NCBI RefSeq assembly: GCF_006345805.1
Contig: NC_042998.1
Coordinates: forward strand, 9,424,001 to 9,488,000
Direction of reading: 5' to 3'
Origin: Octopus sinensis
Taxonomy: Eukaryota
DNA: 64,000 nt
Below are positions 26,682 to 39,915 of this stretch, piece by piece (the stretch's first letter is position 1; the number at the start of each line of letters is the position of its first letter). A program made the position numbers and the translations under genes. The notes under the pieces were generated by a model that worked only from the letters and a program-made list of their open reading frames with translations, did not search any database and was not told the DNA's origin.

Positions 26682-28432
26682 TTGTGTGTCTGTGTTTGTC
26701 CCCCTAGCATTGCTTGACAACCGATGCTGGTGTGTTTACGTCCCCATCACTTAGCGGTTCGGCAAAAGAGACCGATAGAATAAGTACTGGGCTTACAAAG
26801 AATAAGTCCCAGGGTCGATTTGCTCGACTGAAGGCGGTGCTCCTGCATGGCTGCAGTCAAATGACTGAAACAAGTAAAATAGTACATATATATATATATA
26901 TACATACATACATATATACGACGGGCTTCTTTCAGTTTCCATCTACCAAATCCACTCACAAGGCTTTGGTTGGCCCGAGGCTATAATAGAAGACACTTGC
27001 CCAAGGTGCCACGCAGTGGGGCTGAACCCAGAACCATGTGGTTGGTAATCAAGCTACTTACCACACAGCCACTCCTGCGAATATGCATATATATGTTTAC
27101 ATGAAACTCTGGTTCTTGTAGGGTTAAACTTGTTTGAGGGTTCATGGGGATTTTCTTGTTGTAATACCACACATTAATATTCTGTGATTGTCCTTCATTG
27201 GGGCTCTGTCTGGTAAAGGTAATAGTTTTTTTTTTAGGGGTTTCAAGTTGATGGTTGTGTTGCATATTTGTATATATATATAGATAAAAATGGATGCATA
27301 GATACATAAATACTTAGATGTGTATATAAATGTGTGTGTGTATAAAAAGACATATATATAGGTGCAGGAGTGGCTGTGTGGTAAGTAGCTTGCTAACCAA
27401 CCACATAGTTGCGGGTTCAGTCCCACTTCGTGGCATCTTGGGCAAGTGTCTTCTGCTATAGCCCCGGGCCGACCAGTGCCTTGTGAGTGGATTTGGTAGA
27501 CGGAAACTGAAAGAAGCCTGTCGTATATATGTATATGTATATATATATATATGTGTCTGTGTTTGTGTGTCTGTGTTTGTCCCCCTAGCATTGCTTGACA
27601 ACCGATGCTGGTGTGTTTACGTCCCCGTCACTTAGCAGTTTGGTAAAAGCGACCGATAGAATAAGTACTGGATTTACAAAGAATAAGTCCCGGGGTCGAT
27701 TTGCTCGACTAAAGGCGGTGCTCCAGCATGGCCGCAGTCAAATGACTGAAACAAGTAAGAGTAATAAAGATGTATATATGTGTGTAAACTTATATACTGA
27801 TGTGTGTATACACATACATACACAGAGGCAATTGATGTATAAAGATCAAAGAATAAATCCACGGAAATTACAAGTTCAATAAGTTGTTAAACTCCAGCAG
27901 ATTCTTACTTCACAGTAGATCCATATTAGATACACACAATCAGCTAAAATGATCTTTAAGAGCAATATATTTAGCAGAAAAGCATTGAACTTCACATAGA
28001 GTTCATACTCTGTGCTCAACAGCTGTTTCATGGAGATAAACACTAACAAATATATAATTACATAATTGTGATAGATAAGTAATTTAAATTAAATTAAATT
28101 TAAAAACTCTTTACAGAAACTTTCAGAAATGCTATGTTAATCAGAAAACTGTTGCTAATTTACGTTTATATATTTGTTTTGCAAGACTTTTGATGTGAAA
28201 TCGTGTGTTGAAAAAAATATTGTTGTATTTAGGAAGGGTCATTTTGCCAGTTTAGCCAATAAAAACACATGCAATATATATTCGGTGTTACTTTGCTTCA
28301 GTGTTATTTATTTTTTTACATTAATCTTAAGCTTATTTCGGCCAGAGTTCTTTCGTCACACTCCTGTGACCGCAGCAGTGGCCCTTTGCTTTCTTCTTTC
28401 TTATTTGTGTGTCTCTCCTTGCTAACTAATTT

Positions 28433-28478
<46 letters not shown>

Positions 28479-31400
28479 AATCAGTCTTATTTGGTTTTAA
28501 TGGTTTATAATGTGTTTAATGATCTGTTAGCAAATGTGTTATTATCATGGATATATTCTTTGATGCTTATGCATTAATTCTATACACAAACACATACACA
28601 AATAAATAAATATGGCTGCATATATGTGTATGTATATATTTCAAAAGATCCAGATGTGAGGAGTAAATGCATTAATATTCCATATTTCATTTTGTAGTTC
28701 CATTCCAGTGCTATCAGTATGTGTGTGTATGTAAATGTCTTTATGTATATATAGTTCTGTATATTTTTGTATGTGTATATGCAGATGTGTGTGTGTGTGT
28801 ATATTATTTATACATGTATGTACATATGTCTGTGTATGCATTCATGCATAAAAGCTTTTTTTTTTCTTTATTCTTTGTAATGTGTATTTTTTTTAATGGA
28901 TTTGTTTACGTTAATAATGAATACAAAAAAAATATTTTTTGAAGTTGAAATTGTTGAAATTGTTTATCACAGAGCAAGTTGCCGTGAAGAATATCAATCT
29001 TGCTATTGAAAACACTGATGCTGAGCAATTAATGAAAGCTCTTCAGAACCCAGCTGCCCAACTGAGTCCAATCGATGACACTGCCCCTATGTTGTACTGT
29101 GATGAGTTCTGTAGTATAAGGCAAGAGAAGCAGGACTCTCTGGAGTATCATGAAATCTTTAATGCAGTCAAAAGTAAGTTTCTCTTACTTTTCTATTGAA
29201 TGTGAGATATTAGACTTTATTAAATTAATCCTGACCAATTTTCATTAGTACTCTATTTTTAAACTGAATTTAAAAAATCGTCTATTTATTTATCAGGTTC
29301 TCTGTAACATTAATGTAAAAATTGGAAATATTTTTGGTAGTATTATTTTGGATAATAGCATTGTCTAAAATATAATGTAGGGCTAAAAACAGAAAAGGAT
29401 TTGTTCTTATCTATTAAATAATATGTATTGATTTTATGAGTGAAGAATGATACTTTGGAGCATAATTTAATGCCTGGTGATTTTATTAAATCAGCCATGG
29501 TACAATGGCCAAAACTTACTGCTATTGGATGCAAATAATACCATTATCGCTTACTTTCCTTTATTAGCATACTCAAACTATTTTCGTGTTGATAATACTG
29601 GATCAATTATTGATATGCATTTTTCTAAATAATGCCTAATCAAATTATAAAAAAAAATCTCTTCCCTTGTTTATGAAATATGAGTTTGATTCTTTATAGC
29701 AGGTGCCAGTTCCAAATCTGTATTATGAGATAATTTTTTGTCATTGAATCTGACTCACAAAATATGGACAAAATGACAGAATCTAAACCTTCTGGAATTG
29801 AAATAGCTGATCTGATTTTCTATGGGTCATGCTGACACTTTGAATGTCACTATGTTCTAGAGAATTCCATGTCAGCTCAGAATTAGGCCGATTTTATTTC
29901 TCTTTACAGTTTTTATCCTGATAACTTCTTTTAAAGCTTAAAATTAAGTGGAATTAAGGACAACCAAATTTTTCTCTGTGATTAAGTTTCTATTCTGTTT
30001 GGAATGGAAGCAAGAATGGTTTTTGTTAGATATTAAATTGATAAATTTAGTTTTAAAATATTTGGGAATAATTTGATTGGGAGTGATGAGGTCAATAAAA
30101 TTAAAGGATGAAACTAATCAGAACAGTTTCAAATTTTTTTTATTCACAATATTTAATTATTTTTCAAAAAGTTTAAATAACTTTTTAGTTTTAAGTGCAC
30201 ACACACACACACTTGTGTGTGTATGTGTGTTGTATGTATGAAATGGTTGACATACTGTGATATACAATATTCAATTCAAATAAGCTCAAATCACTTAATT
30301 TTCATAAGTGATGTGTTACCATCAAAAATATATAACTAGTTATTTGATATAGATTTTAGATAGTCGAATTTAGATAAAATGATATGGGTAAGCCAAGAGT
30401 GTATATATGCTTAGTATATGGAATCAATTAATTAATTTTGATTTCTAGCTAATAAATATGAGGAAAGGGTCTACTGTCTCATCTAATTTCCTGTTTTCAT
30501 GAGGAATTTCTTTTTTTTTTTTTAAGCAAAAAACTAGTTTATCATTTATGAGAACATTTTAATTAATACAGCTAATTTTGTAGTATACTAATTTAGTTGG
30601 TAGATCAAATCTCAAAACTCTATAGTTATCATGTTTTTCTAATGTTTCTTTATCACACACTAAATGAATTTAAACAATTGCAGTAATAATAATAGGTTTT
30701 GATCTATATTTCTGTCTAAATAAATTCACTTTCATTTTCAAATTTGTATATAATGTAAGAAAGTTATACAAATACCCATTATTATTTCTTATTACTATTT
30801 ATAAAAGCATTATAATGTGCAATAAATCAATGTTTCATTTCCTATTTCCACTGATTGCTGCCAATTTTAAAGATATTTATATTTTTCGATTTGATTGCAT
30901 TCTGCTTATTAAATTTGTCTGCTTTTTAAAGTTTTGCTGTAGGTCTTTGATAGCTTTTTCAACTTTAATACATAGACATTAATTTAATAATGATTATATT
31001 GGTAAATTACAATGATACCAAATTTCATGAATATTACTGTAAAGTATTGTTAATTCTTGTTGGTACATTAAATGAAATGAAATGTGATGTGCAACAGTGT
31101 AGAGCAATTGTAATTAAATATTGGCCGGATATTTTTACAGTAGTTAACACAGCACAATAGCACTATTTATGGATTCTGCATGGAATCCTTGTTTTATGGT
31201 TCTGTTCATGTCCAACATGGGTTACTTCAATTGATGTCTAATATTGTGATTAAATAACTTTAATTAGTTATGTATTTTTCTTGTTATATAATGAAGTTCT
31301 TTGTAAGCATATCATGCATATCCTCATAACAAGCAATGTAGTATCTGCATTGAGTATTCTGCTATCTTTAACTTGATATTATTAGAAATAATTTTCAAAT

Positions 31401-34400
31401 CTGTTGCATGTTTAATTAACATTGGCTTTATTTAGTATTCTCAAACATTGCAATTTCCTCATTTTGCATTGAAAATGGAATGTAATAAAAATAGTCATTT
31501 CTTTAGTGAGCTTTGTGTAGGTGTTGGACAAATATAGTGAGAATTGAAACTAGTATTCAAAACTTCATATGTTGAAAGTTGTAATTAATGAGTTTTGAAA
31601 TATCAGCTGTAGAGTTACATCTCAGAATAATTTTAATATTTCAGTGCTACTCTGAAGTCCTTATTGTACAACTTTGTTATATTACAAATAGTTATCTTAC
31701 AAAAGAAAATAGAAAGTCATTAGCTCTTTAGCATTTAAATCAGTCATATATAGCCCAAATATTCTACCTGTTTTATGGTCAAACTGACCAGATCCAGCCT
31801 CTCACACATACCCGACAATGTCATTCTAAAAACAATCACACCATTGAAATCTTGAATCTATGAGTTAATGCTAAATGGTTAATTTAAAAATGACAGTTGT
31901 AGAAGTCCAGTCAGATTTTTAACTTAAGTGCTGACTAAACATATTTTATTAATAAATAAAGCTGTACAAATGCACTCATAAATCAATCATTAAAACTTAT
32001 TCATTAATACTTTATTAAGCTAAAATTCAAGATGATTTTTTTTTCTCCCTTAAGGACCAATAGTGATAGTAGGGGTGAAGTTGTTAATTGAAAAGCTTTC
32101 TTAGTACTGACAAAATAGGAACCAGTCTTCCTTCTCGACTGATTGATTAATGATGAAATGCTTATCTCTATGGAATCATTTCAATACATTTAGCAATTGA
32201 TTAAATTTAAAGTACAATTTAACCCTAGTTAAATTTAATTGAAGATGCTTTATTTTGGCTTTTTTTTTTTTTTTTTTTTCTTATTTTAGTTCTTTCTGCA
32301 ATTGCTGCAATAAATAGTGCTGTTGACAGAAGAAATTCTCAAGCAACATTCACTGCCCTAAGTGATCCAAATGCACATATTCCTACACTTGATTTTGAAC
32401 TCAGTGAGAAGTATCAAAACTGTCTAGCGAAGGAAAAACAGAAGAAATTTGAGGTGAGTCTGCTTGTGTCTCTGTAAGATAACATATAATGTTGATTGCA
32501 ATTGTTGATGATTAGCATCCGAGTCACCTCTGATTCAGGACGTCTATAACTGTTTATTATTACTCCCATACTCAGGTGTTGTATCAGTTAATTTGAGTGC
32601 CCTTATCCTGCATGTCTTGTATTTAATTAACGATTATTGCCAGATAATTGGTACTTCTAGTCAACACTTCATTATCTTACGAAATTTAGATTTGTGCTGA
32701 AAAATATTGTATAAAATTTTGATTATCATAAATCTTCAGAGTATAAATATTCTAATGATTTTTTGTTATCTTATTTTACCACCTTAGTTCTACATTGTTT
32801 GATTATCTTATTTACATATCATTAATTTATTGTAACTAAATGAGTTATATTCCTATCTAAGTAAACTTATTAACCTTTGGATGTAAACAATTTTCATCAT
32901 CGTTTAACGTGTTTTCCATGCTAGCATGAGTTGGACGGTTCAACTGGGGTCTGGGAAGCCAGAAGGCTGCACCAGGCTCCAGTCTGATCTGGCAGTGTTT
33001 CTACAGCTGGATGCCCTTCCTAACGCCAACCACTCCGTGAGTGTAGTGGGTGCTTTTTACGTGCCACTGGCACAGGTGCCAGGCGAGGCTGGCAACGGCT
33101 ACGATCGGTTGGTGCTTTTTACGTGCCACCAGCACAGAAGCCAGTCAAGGCGGCGCTGGCATCAGCCACGTTCGGATGGTGCTTTTTATGTGCCACCGAC
33201 ACAGGGATCACAACTACAATTTCCATTGATGTTGATGTACTTGACTCAATTAGGTCTCCTCAAGCACAGGGTCGAAACGGTTTTTTTTACTTGCCACCTG
33301 CACAGGAGTCAGTCCAGCGGCACTGGCAACTGCTGGGTGCCAGTCATAGGATTGGTTCAATTTTATTAATTTGCTGGATTAGACATTTAACGATTTTTAA
33401 TTTTTCTAAATGTGACATTTTTACCCTGTTTGCTGCTTATTGCATTGAGGCTTATTTGTCGGAGTTTGACACGTCCTCTCCATCACAGCATCTCTCCACT
33501 TATTATGGTCCATTGTCATTTCTAGTTACACCTAACATTGAGAATAAACCCTTCCTGTGCTATAAGCTCGACTGTGGGTTTTCAAAAATGTTTTTTGATA
33601 TTTATTATAGTTACCTTGTGAGCAGCTAACGCACCATGAAATTGTAATGGCAGTAGAAAAAGTTCATCAACAAGTACAACAGGAGCATGAACGTAAGTGG
33701 AAGTCCAATATACGTATCTTGTGTGTCAACTGTTTTTGTGATTATCTTCATACTTGCTTTATAGGTTTTTAGATTTTCTTTCATGAAAAGAAAGCGAACT
33801 TTTCAGTTTGTTTTTATTTACAGGAATATGAAAATCTTGATTTCCCAAAGTGTTGATAATGCTGTTAGGAATAAGTTTGGAAGGTATTTAGAATGGAATG
33901 GACTCTGTGTGTGTATGTGTGGTTTTTTTTTTTTTTCCTCTGTCTTCCCTTCTCTGGATCTTTCCTTCTATGTTTCCAACGAAGAGCTCCGCTCGAAACG
34001 TTAAACCCTCCTTCTTTCTTAAGCATCCAATAATACTATATTTGTTCCACGTCCTCGCGTTGTTGTGTTTTTTTTGTGCTTTCTTGTTTGGATTAACTTT
34101 TCATATATATATATATATATATAGTCGGTCTGTTATTAAATACTTACTATTCTAACTATATGTGTTGAGTACCACTTTCATTTGTTTGCCTACTTTTTGT
34201 GTGTGTATGTGAGTCATCGTTTAACATTTGCCTTCCATGATGGCATGTGTGAGAATTAGTTTATTGAGATAAGTGGAGATTGATGATTCATTGGATTATG
34301 GAACTAAATTCAGAGATTTTGAGAATTTTTGATGAACAAAAAAACTGTTTTATACGAATGTGGTATTGATTTTACCCTTCAGCATTTAAAACAGTCATAT

Positions 34401-36261
34401 CTGGCCCTGGTATTCTGTTTTATGCTCAAACCAGCTACATCTGGCTTCTCACACCTATCCTACAATGTCATTCTAAAAATAAAAATCACATCAAAATCTT
34501 GAAACTATAGCATAATGCTTGGTTAATTCAAGACAATGTGAATAATTAAGCATTACATTTGACAGTAATCTGAGTGCTAAAAGATGAAGAACAGCTCTTT
34601 ATAATAGGGAATCTTTAAACTTTTAACTATGATTACTCAAACTTTACTGTTTTGGCTCTCAATCCAAATCTATTGTTTATAATTTTGTTTTTATTAATAA
34701 TTAGGATATGAGTAATCTGAGAGTGTTGTTGTGGATTTTGTGAGATTTTTCCATTTAGGTGATGTTCTTGGAGGATTATATGTTTTTACTCCAAAATAAA
34801 TACCTTTTACATACATACACTTGCTTGCTCAAATTTCATCAGAGATTATTGTTAAGATCCTAATTGATTGAGAGAGTGTACAGTCGAAATTCTTGCATAC
34901 ACAGAAAGTTGAATGTTGGAAGAAATTATTGGCTAAATTGAAAATCTAAGGGAACTGGTGGGAGATGGTCTATATCAGCAGCTGAACTACTTCTTAGGTT
35001 CAGCGAATTCAGTTGCAATGTTGAATGGAAAGTTGCTTCAAGCCATTGGGTGGAGGGGGTTGTTGATTGAACTATAATAATAAAAGAATTAAAATGGAGT
35101 GAGGAGTGGGTACCAAAAGAGAATGGGAACCAGAAATCTGGAGTGAGATGAAGGTGCAGGAGTGGCTGTGTGGTAAGTAGCTTGTTTACCAACCACATGG
35201 TTCCGGGTTCAGTCCCACTGCGTGGCACCTTGGGCAAGTGTCTTCTACTATAGCCTCGGGCCGACCAAAGCCTTGTGAGTGGATTTGGTAGACGGAAACT
35301 GAAACAAAAGCCCGTCATATATATGTATATATATATGTATGTGTGTCTGTGTTTGTCCCCCTAGCATTGCTTGACAACCGATGCTAGTGTGTTTATGTCC
35401 CTGTCACTTAGCAGTTCGGCAAAAGAGACCAATAAAATAAGTACTGGGCTTACAAAAGAATAAGTCCCGGGGTCGAGTTGCTTGATTAAAGGCGGTGCTC
35501 CAGCATGGCCGCAGTCAAATGACTGAAACGAGTAAAAAAAAAAAAATGCGATAACTTATTTATTCTGTGATGTTTAGAGTTGCAAGATTTGTTTCATATT
35601 TTTGTTTGGTTATGTGTAGTAGATAACTGGTTTCGTATTTCCATGTGTATCTAATGCTTTTGTTTTTTGTCATTTCAGGAGTTTGTGCTATAGGGACAAT
35701 CAATGATGCTATTTCCAATGGTGATGAACAAGCTGTATTAGCTGCTTTGCAGCTTCCAGCAGCTCAACTTCAAAATGTCAGGGATCGGCTCGCTCACCAA
35801 TATATGGTTATGCTTGTTAATAAGAAGAATAAGAAAGCATTGGTAACTATCAACATATTTTTCTTTTGTTTACTAATTATTAATTAAATGCTACACTTTA
35901 ATGAATTGTTACAATTTTCTTCTTATAGTATAAACGATTATTATGTTCATGATTTATCTTGTTATAATGCTCATGTGTAAACGTGTACAGATATTTGATT
36001 GGGCTGTACAAATTCTTATGTTCTCTTTCACACATTTCAGCAATCTCAAGATGAAGACACACTACTGTGGCTGGAGGAAATTCAAGAAACTATCGTTGAA
36101 GCAAATGAAGATGAAGAGAAAGCTGTTGAAAGTATATTTATTTTGTTTCGTTCTTTATCATTTACACTCCACCTAAATTACCTTATACTCTCTCAATATA
36201 CCAGCTGCTTTTAAACTCTGTGTTAAACATAACATTATGCAACCCTTCCTCCCTGCAGCTA

Positions 36262-36300
<39 letters not shown>

Positions 36301-38442
36301 AATACACTCACAAGGTATTGGTCAATCATACTCATCATTTAAATAAGACTGCTCCAGCACCATGCCTCCCCACTTGATGCAGTTCTTTCTCATCCCCTTC
36401 ATGGCGTTTAACCTCCTGACCTCTCAGTTTTCACCATTTCTTTCCATATTTCCTTTTTCAGACTCCTTCCACTGACATCACTTGGTACATCTTTATCCTA
36501 CTGTCATCCTTTTTATGCATCACATGTCTGTACCAGCTTAGACGTCTCTTTTGGACACAACATTGGATTCCTCTTATCCCTAGTTTTTCTCTCAGATGGT
36601 TTATGCCCTACTAACTTTCCACATCTAATGGAACATATTTGCCTAATTTCTTTTACTGACCTTTCCATATCCTCCATGTTCAGTGTCCATGTTTCACTAC
36701 CATGCAACAATGCACTTCATACAAAAAAATACTTTGCTGTCTGCCCTTCTCTCAAAGTGAACATCCCTTCATTGCCAACAGAGGTAATAGTTGCCTGAAC
36801 AGTGTAATTTGAATAATTTTCTTTAAAAAATTATTTTTTGCTAACTTTTTTCTTTCTATTTTCAGTGTCTTTGGGTATCAAAGATATAAATGCCAACTTA
36901 AATCAAGATTCATCAGATGTTCTGCTTCAGTCTTTGCAATGTCAGCCTGTTCAATTGCAAAATTTACGTTCTTCTTGTGGGAATATCTATATGGAAAAGC
37001 TGAGAGCACTTCGCAGTGAAAAGGAAACACTGGGTAATATTTTTAATGATGATTTGGGTCGTTATATATTGTACTTCTGTATTCTGTCTTAGTATAGATA
37101 CTTTTAGTGTAATTTTTTTAAATGAAACTACTTATCTAACATTTTATCTTAGTTTTCAAATCTCTGAAGGTAAAACTGATTTGATTTTTAAACTTCAATA
37201 ATTAAATTTTTTCCATTTGAGTAAAAGAAATTTCCTTTTGGTTTTGGTAAATGTTTGCTAAATATGTAAATATTTTTCAACTGTTTTTATTATGTGTATC
37301 TGTTTCTCAGCAAGGAATTAATTTGTGAAATAGTTCATGAAATAGAAAAAAAAAATGCTCAGCCCCACCTTCAAAGAAAAGGATAAATGCAATTTATCTA
37401 GAATTAGTTTTAAGAATATTAAAATAATAATTTGTCTGGAATAGCATCTTAAAAGAGTGGCTGGTTTTCAAGTGTCACATAAAATGAGATTTAATTGGAT
37501 TTTTTGATAGCAAAGTTAGCAGAGGCTTGGTCAGTCAGACATAGCAGTTGTTGATATCCATGAGAGGCCTGATTGGATAAACCTGTGGTTAAAAGTCATT
37601 CTAGATGTGACTATCACTTCTGTTTTTAGACATAATATATCTGGAACTATATTATCAAATGTAACCTGTCTTTCATAAGATAGTAGGATATTTGGCTGCT
37701 GTTTACAATAGATAAAGTAGTGGCATAGAGATGCCATCATTAGCTCATATTCTCTTGTATTATATTTGTCTTTTCATGGTTGCATCAACTGGATGAGTTT
37801 CCTCCAACACAATGTCTCACCACTCGTTGCTCTCTCTCTTGTCATCTCTTATAGGTCCCTACATCCTAAGATCAGCCTTTACCACTTCTCATGTCTTCCT
37901 TGGTCTTCCTCTCTCACGAGTTCCTTTCACTTGAACATCTTGGAACTTCTTTATTCAGGTTCCATCCTAAACGTGTATCCCGTGTCCTTACCACCTTAAT
38001 CTTCCTGCACACTTTGTTTGATTTCTCTCACACCCAGTTCTTCTCTCAGTATGTTTGTGCTTCATCCAGCGAAGGATGCTCACCTCATTTCTTTCCAATT
38101 TTCAAACATTCTCCACATTCAATATGCTTGACTCTTTGTCATGCAACATTGCACTTCATATGCATTCATCATACAATCTGGCCTTTTCTATGGAGAAAGA
38201 ATTCCTTTGTTATCAGCAAAGGTAATAACTCTCAGGTTATTCCTCCTCCTCCTTATTCGCTTTTACTTGTTTCAGTCATTTGACTGCGGCCATGCTGGAG
38301 CAACTCGACCCTGGGACTTATTCTTTTGTAAGCCCAGTACTTATTCTATCGGTCTCTTTTTGCCGAACCGCTAAGTAACGGGGACATAAACACACCAGCA
38401 TCGGTTGTCAAGCAATGCTAGGGGGACAAACACACACACGCA

Positions 38443-38482
<40 letters not shown>

Positions 38483-39872
38483 CATATATACGACAGGCTT
38501 CTTTCAGTTTCCGTCTACCAAATCCACTCACAAGGCTTTGGTCGGCCCGAGGCTATAGTAGAAGACACTTGCCCAAGGTGCCATGCAGTGGGACTGAACC
38601 CAGAACCATGTGGCTGGTAAGCCAGCTATTACCACACAGCCACTCCTGCGCCTCTAGCTCATATGCTTTCAGAACACTCATCTCTACTGTTGATTGGTTC
38701 ATCTAAATAACAAAAACTATCAAGAGTGTACTTGATGCATTTCATTGTGACATTAGCACTTGATAAGTTAGCTTGTCTCCAGCAAGTCAGAGTCCTTCCT
38801 ACCCTAGATTACATTGCTTATTTCGTATTGATAATTCAGGTTATGATTGAAACATGACACTGTGGTTATATCTTATCATATCTACTATGTTAATAGAAAA
38901 AATCGAAAGAACAGAAGATACACTGAAAGTGCTCCTTGTTAATGAAGAACTTTTACTTTCTACTTTTGTTACTTAACAATTCTATGTTGCTTTGTGAATG
39001 AATAAAAAAAAGTGGTGATCAAAATACTGAGCAATATTAAGTTATGTCCAATGTTGAACTGGACCTTGTTCTTGGGAACTGACAAAATATTTTATAAAAG
39101 AAAAAGAACAGTTACTTATTGCTGGATGAAGTAAGACATACTCAATAAAGTTGTGTCAATTACAGTCAAATAACTCCTTTCGCTTGTGCTTGCAATTCAG
39201 TTATCCACTTCAAATGTTTTGAAGTGAAAGTCAGTTACTGTGTTTTCTGCAGAAGATTGGTACGATTTGTTTGCCTTGGTGGTAGTGAAGAAATATTTCA
39301 AGTATTTAAAGATGCTTCAGAAAATATATGTGCATTTCTTCACTGCTACCAAGGCAAACAAATCGTACCAATCTTCTGCACTTATTTTATGCAGAAAACA
39401 CCGTGACTGACTTTCACTTCAAAATATTTGAAGTGGATAATTGAATTGCCAGCACAAGTGGGAGGAGTTATTTGACTGTGGTGTAATTGACACTTTTTAT
39501 TGAGTAGATTTTACTTCATCATCCAGCAATAAGTAAACTGTTTGTTTATAAAATATATTTCACCTGTTCCCAAGAACAAGGTCCAGTTCAACACTAGACA
39601 TAACTTAATATTGCAAGATATTTTGATCACCACTTATTTATTCATTCACAAAACAACATAGAATTGTTAAGTAGTAAAAGTTCTTCATTAAAAAGGAGCA
39701 ATTTCAGTTTATCTTCTGTTAATTCGATTTTTTTATTAACATGGTAGACGTAAGATTTAACCAGTGTCATGCTTCAATCATAACCTGAATTATCAATATG
39801 AAATAAGTAATGTCATCTAGAGTCGGAAGGACTCTGACTTGCTGGAGACAAGCTAACTTATCAAGTGTCTGT

Positions 39873-39915
<43 letters not shown>

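Noticed and set aside
33824-33883. 60-nt segment with a strong acceptor and AAG|gtattt donor
   Set aside because: In the required phase 1 it reads CGA ATA TGA (stop); it is open only in phase 2; probably a chance site
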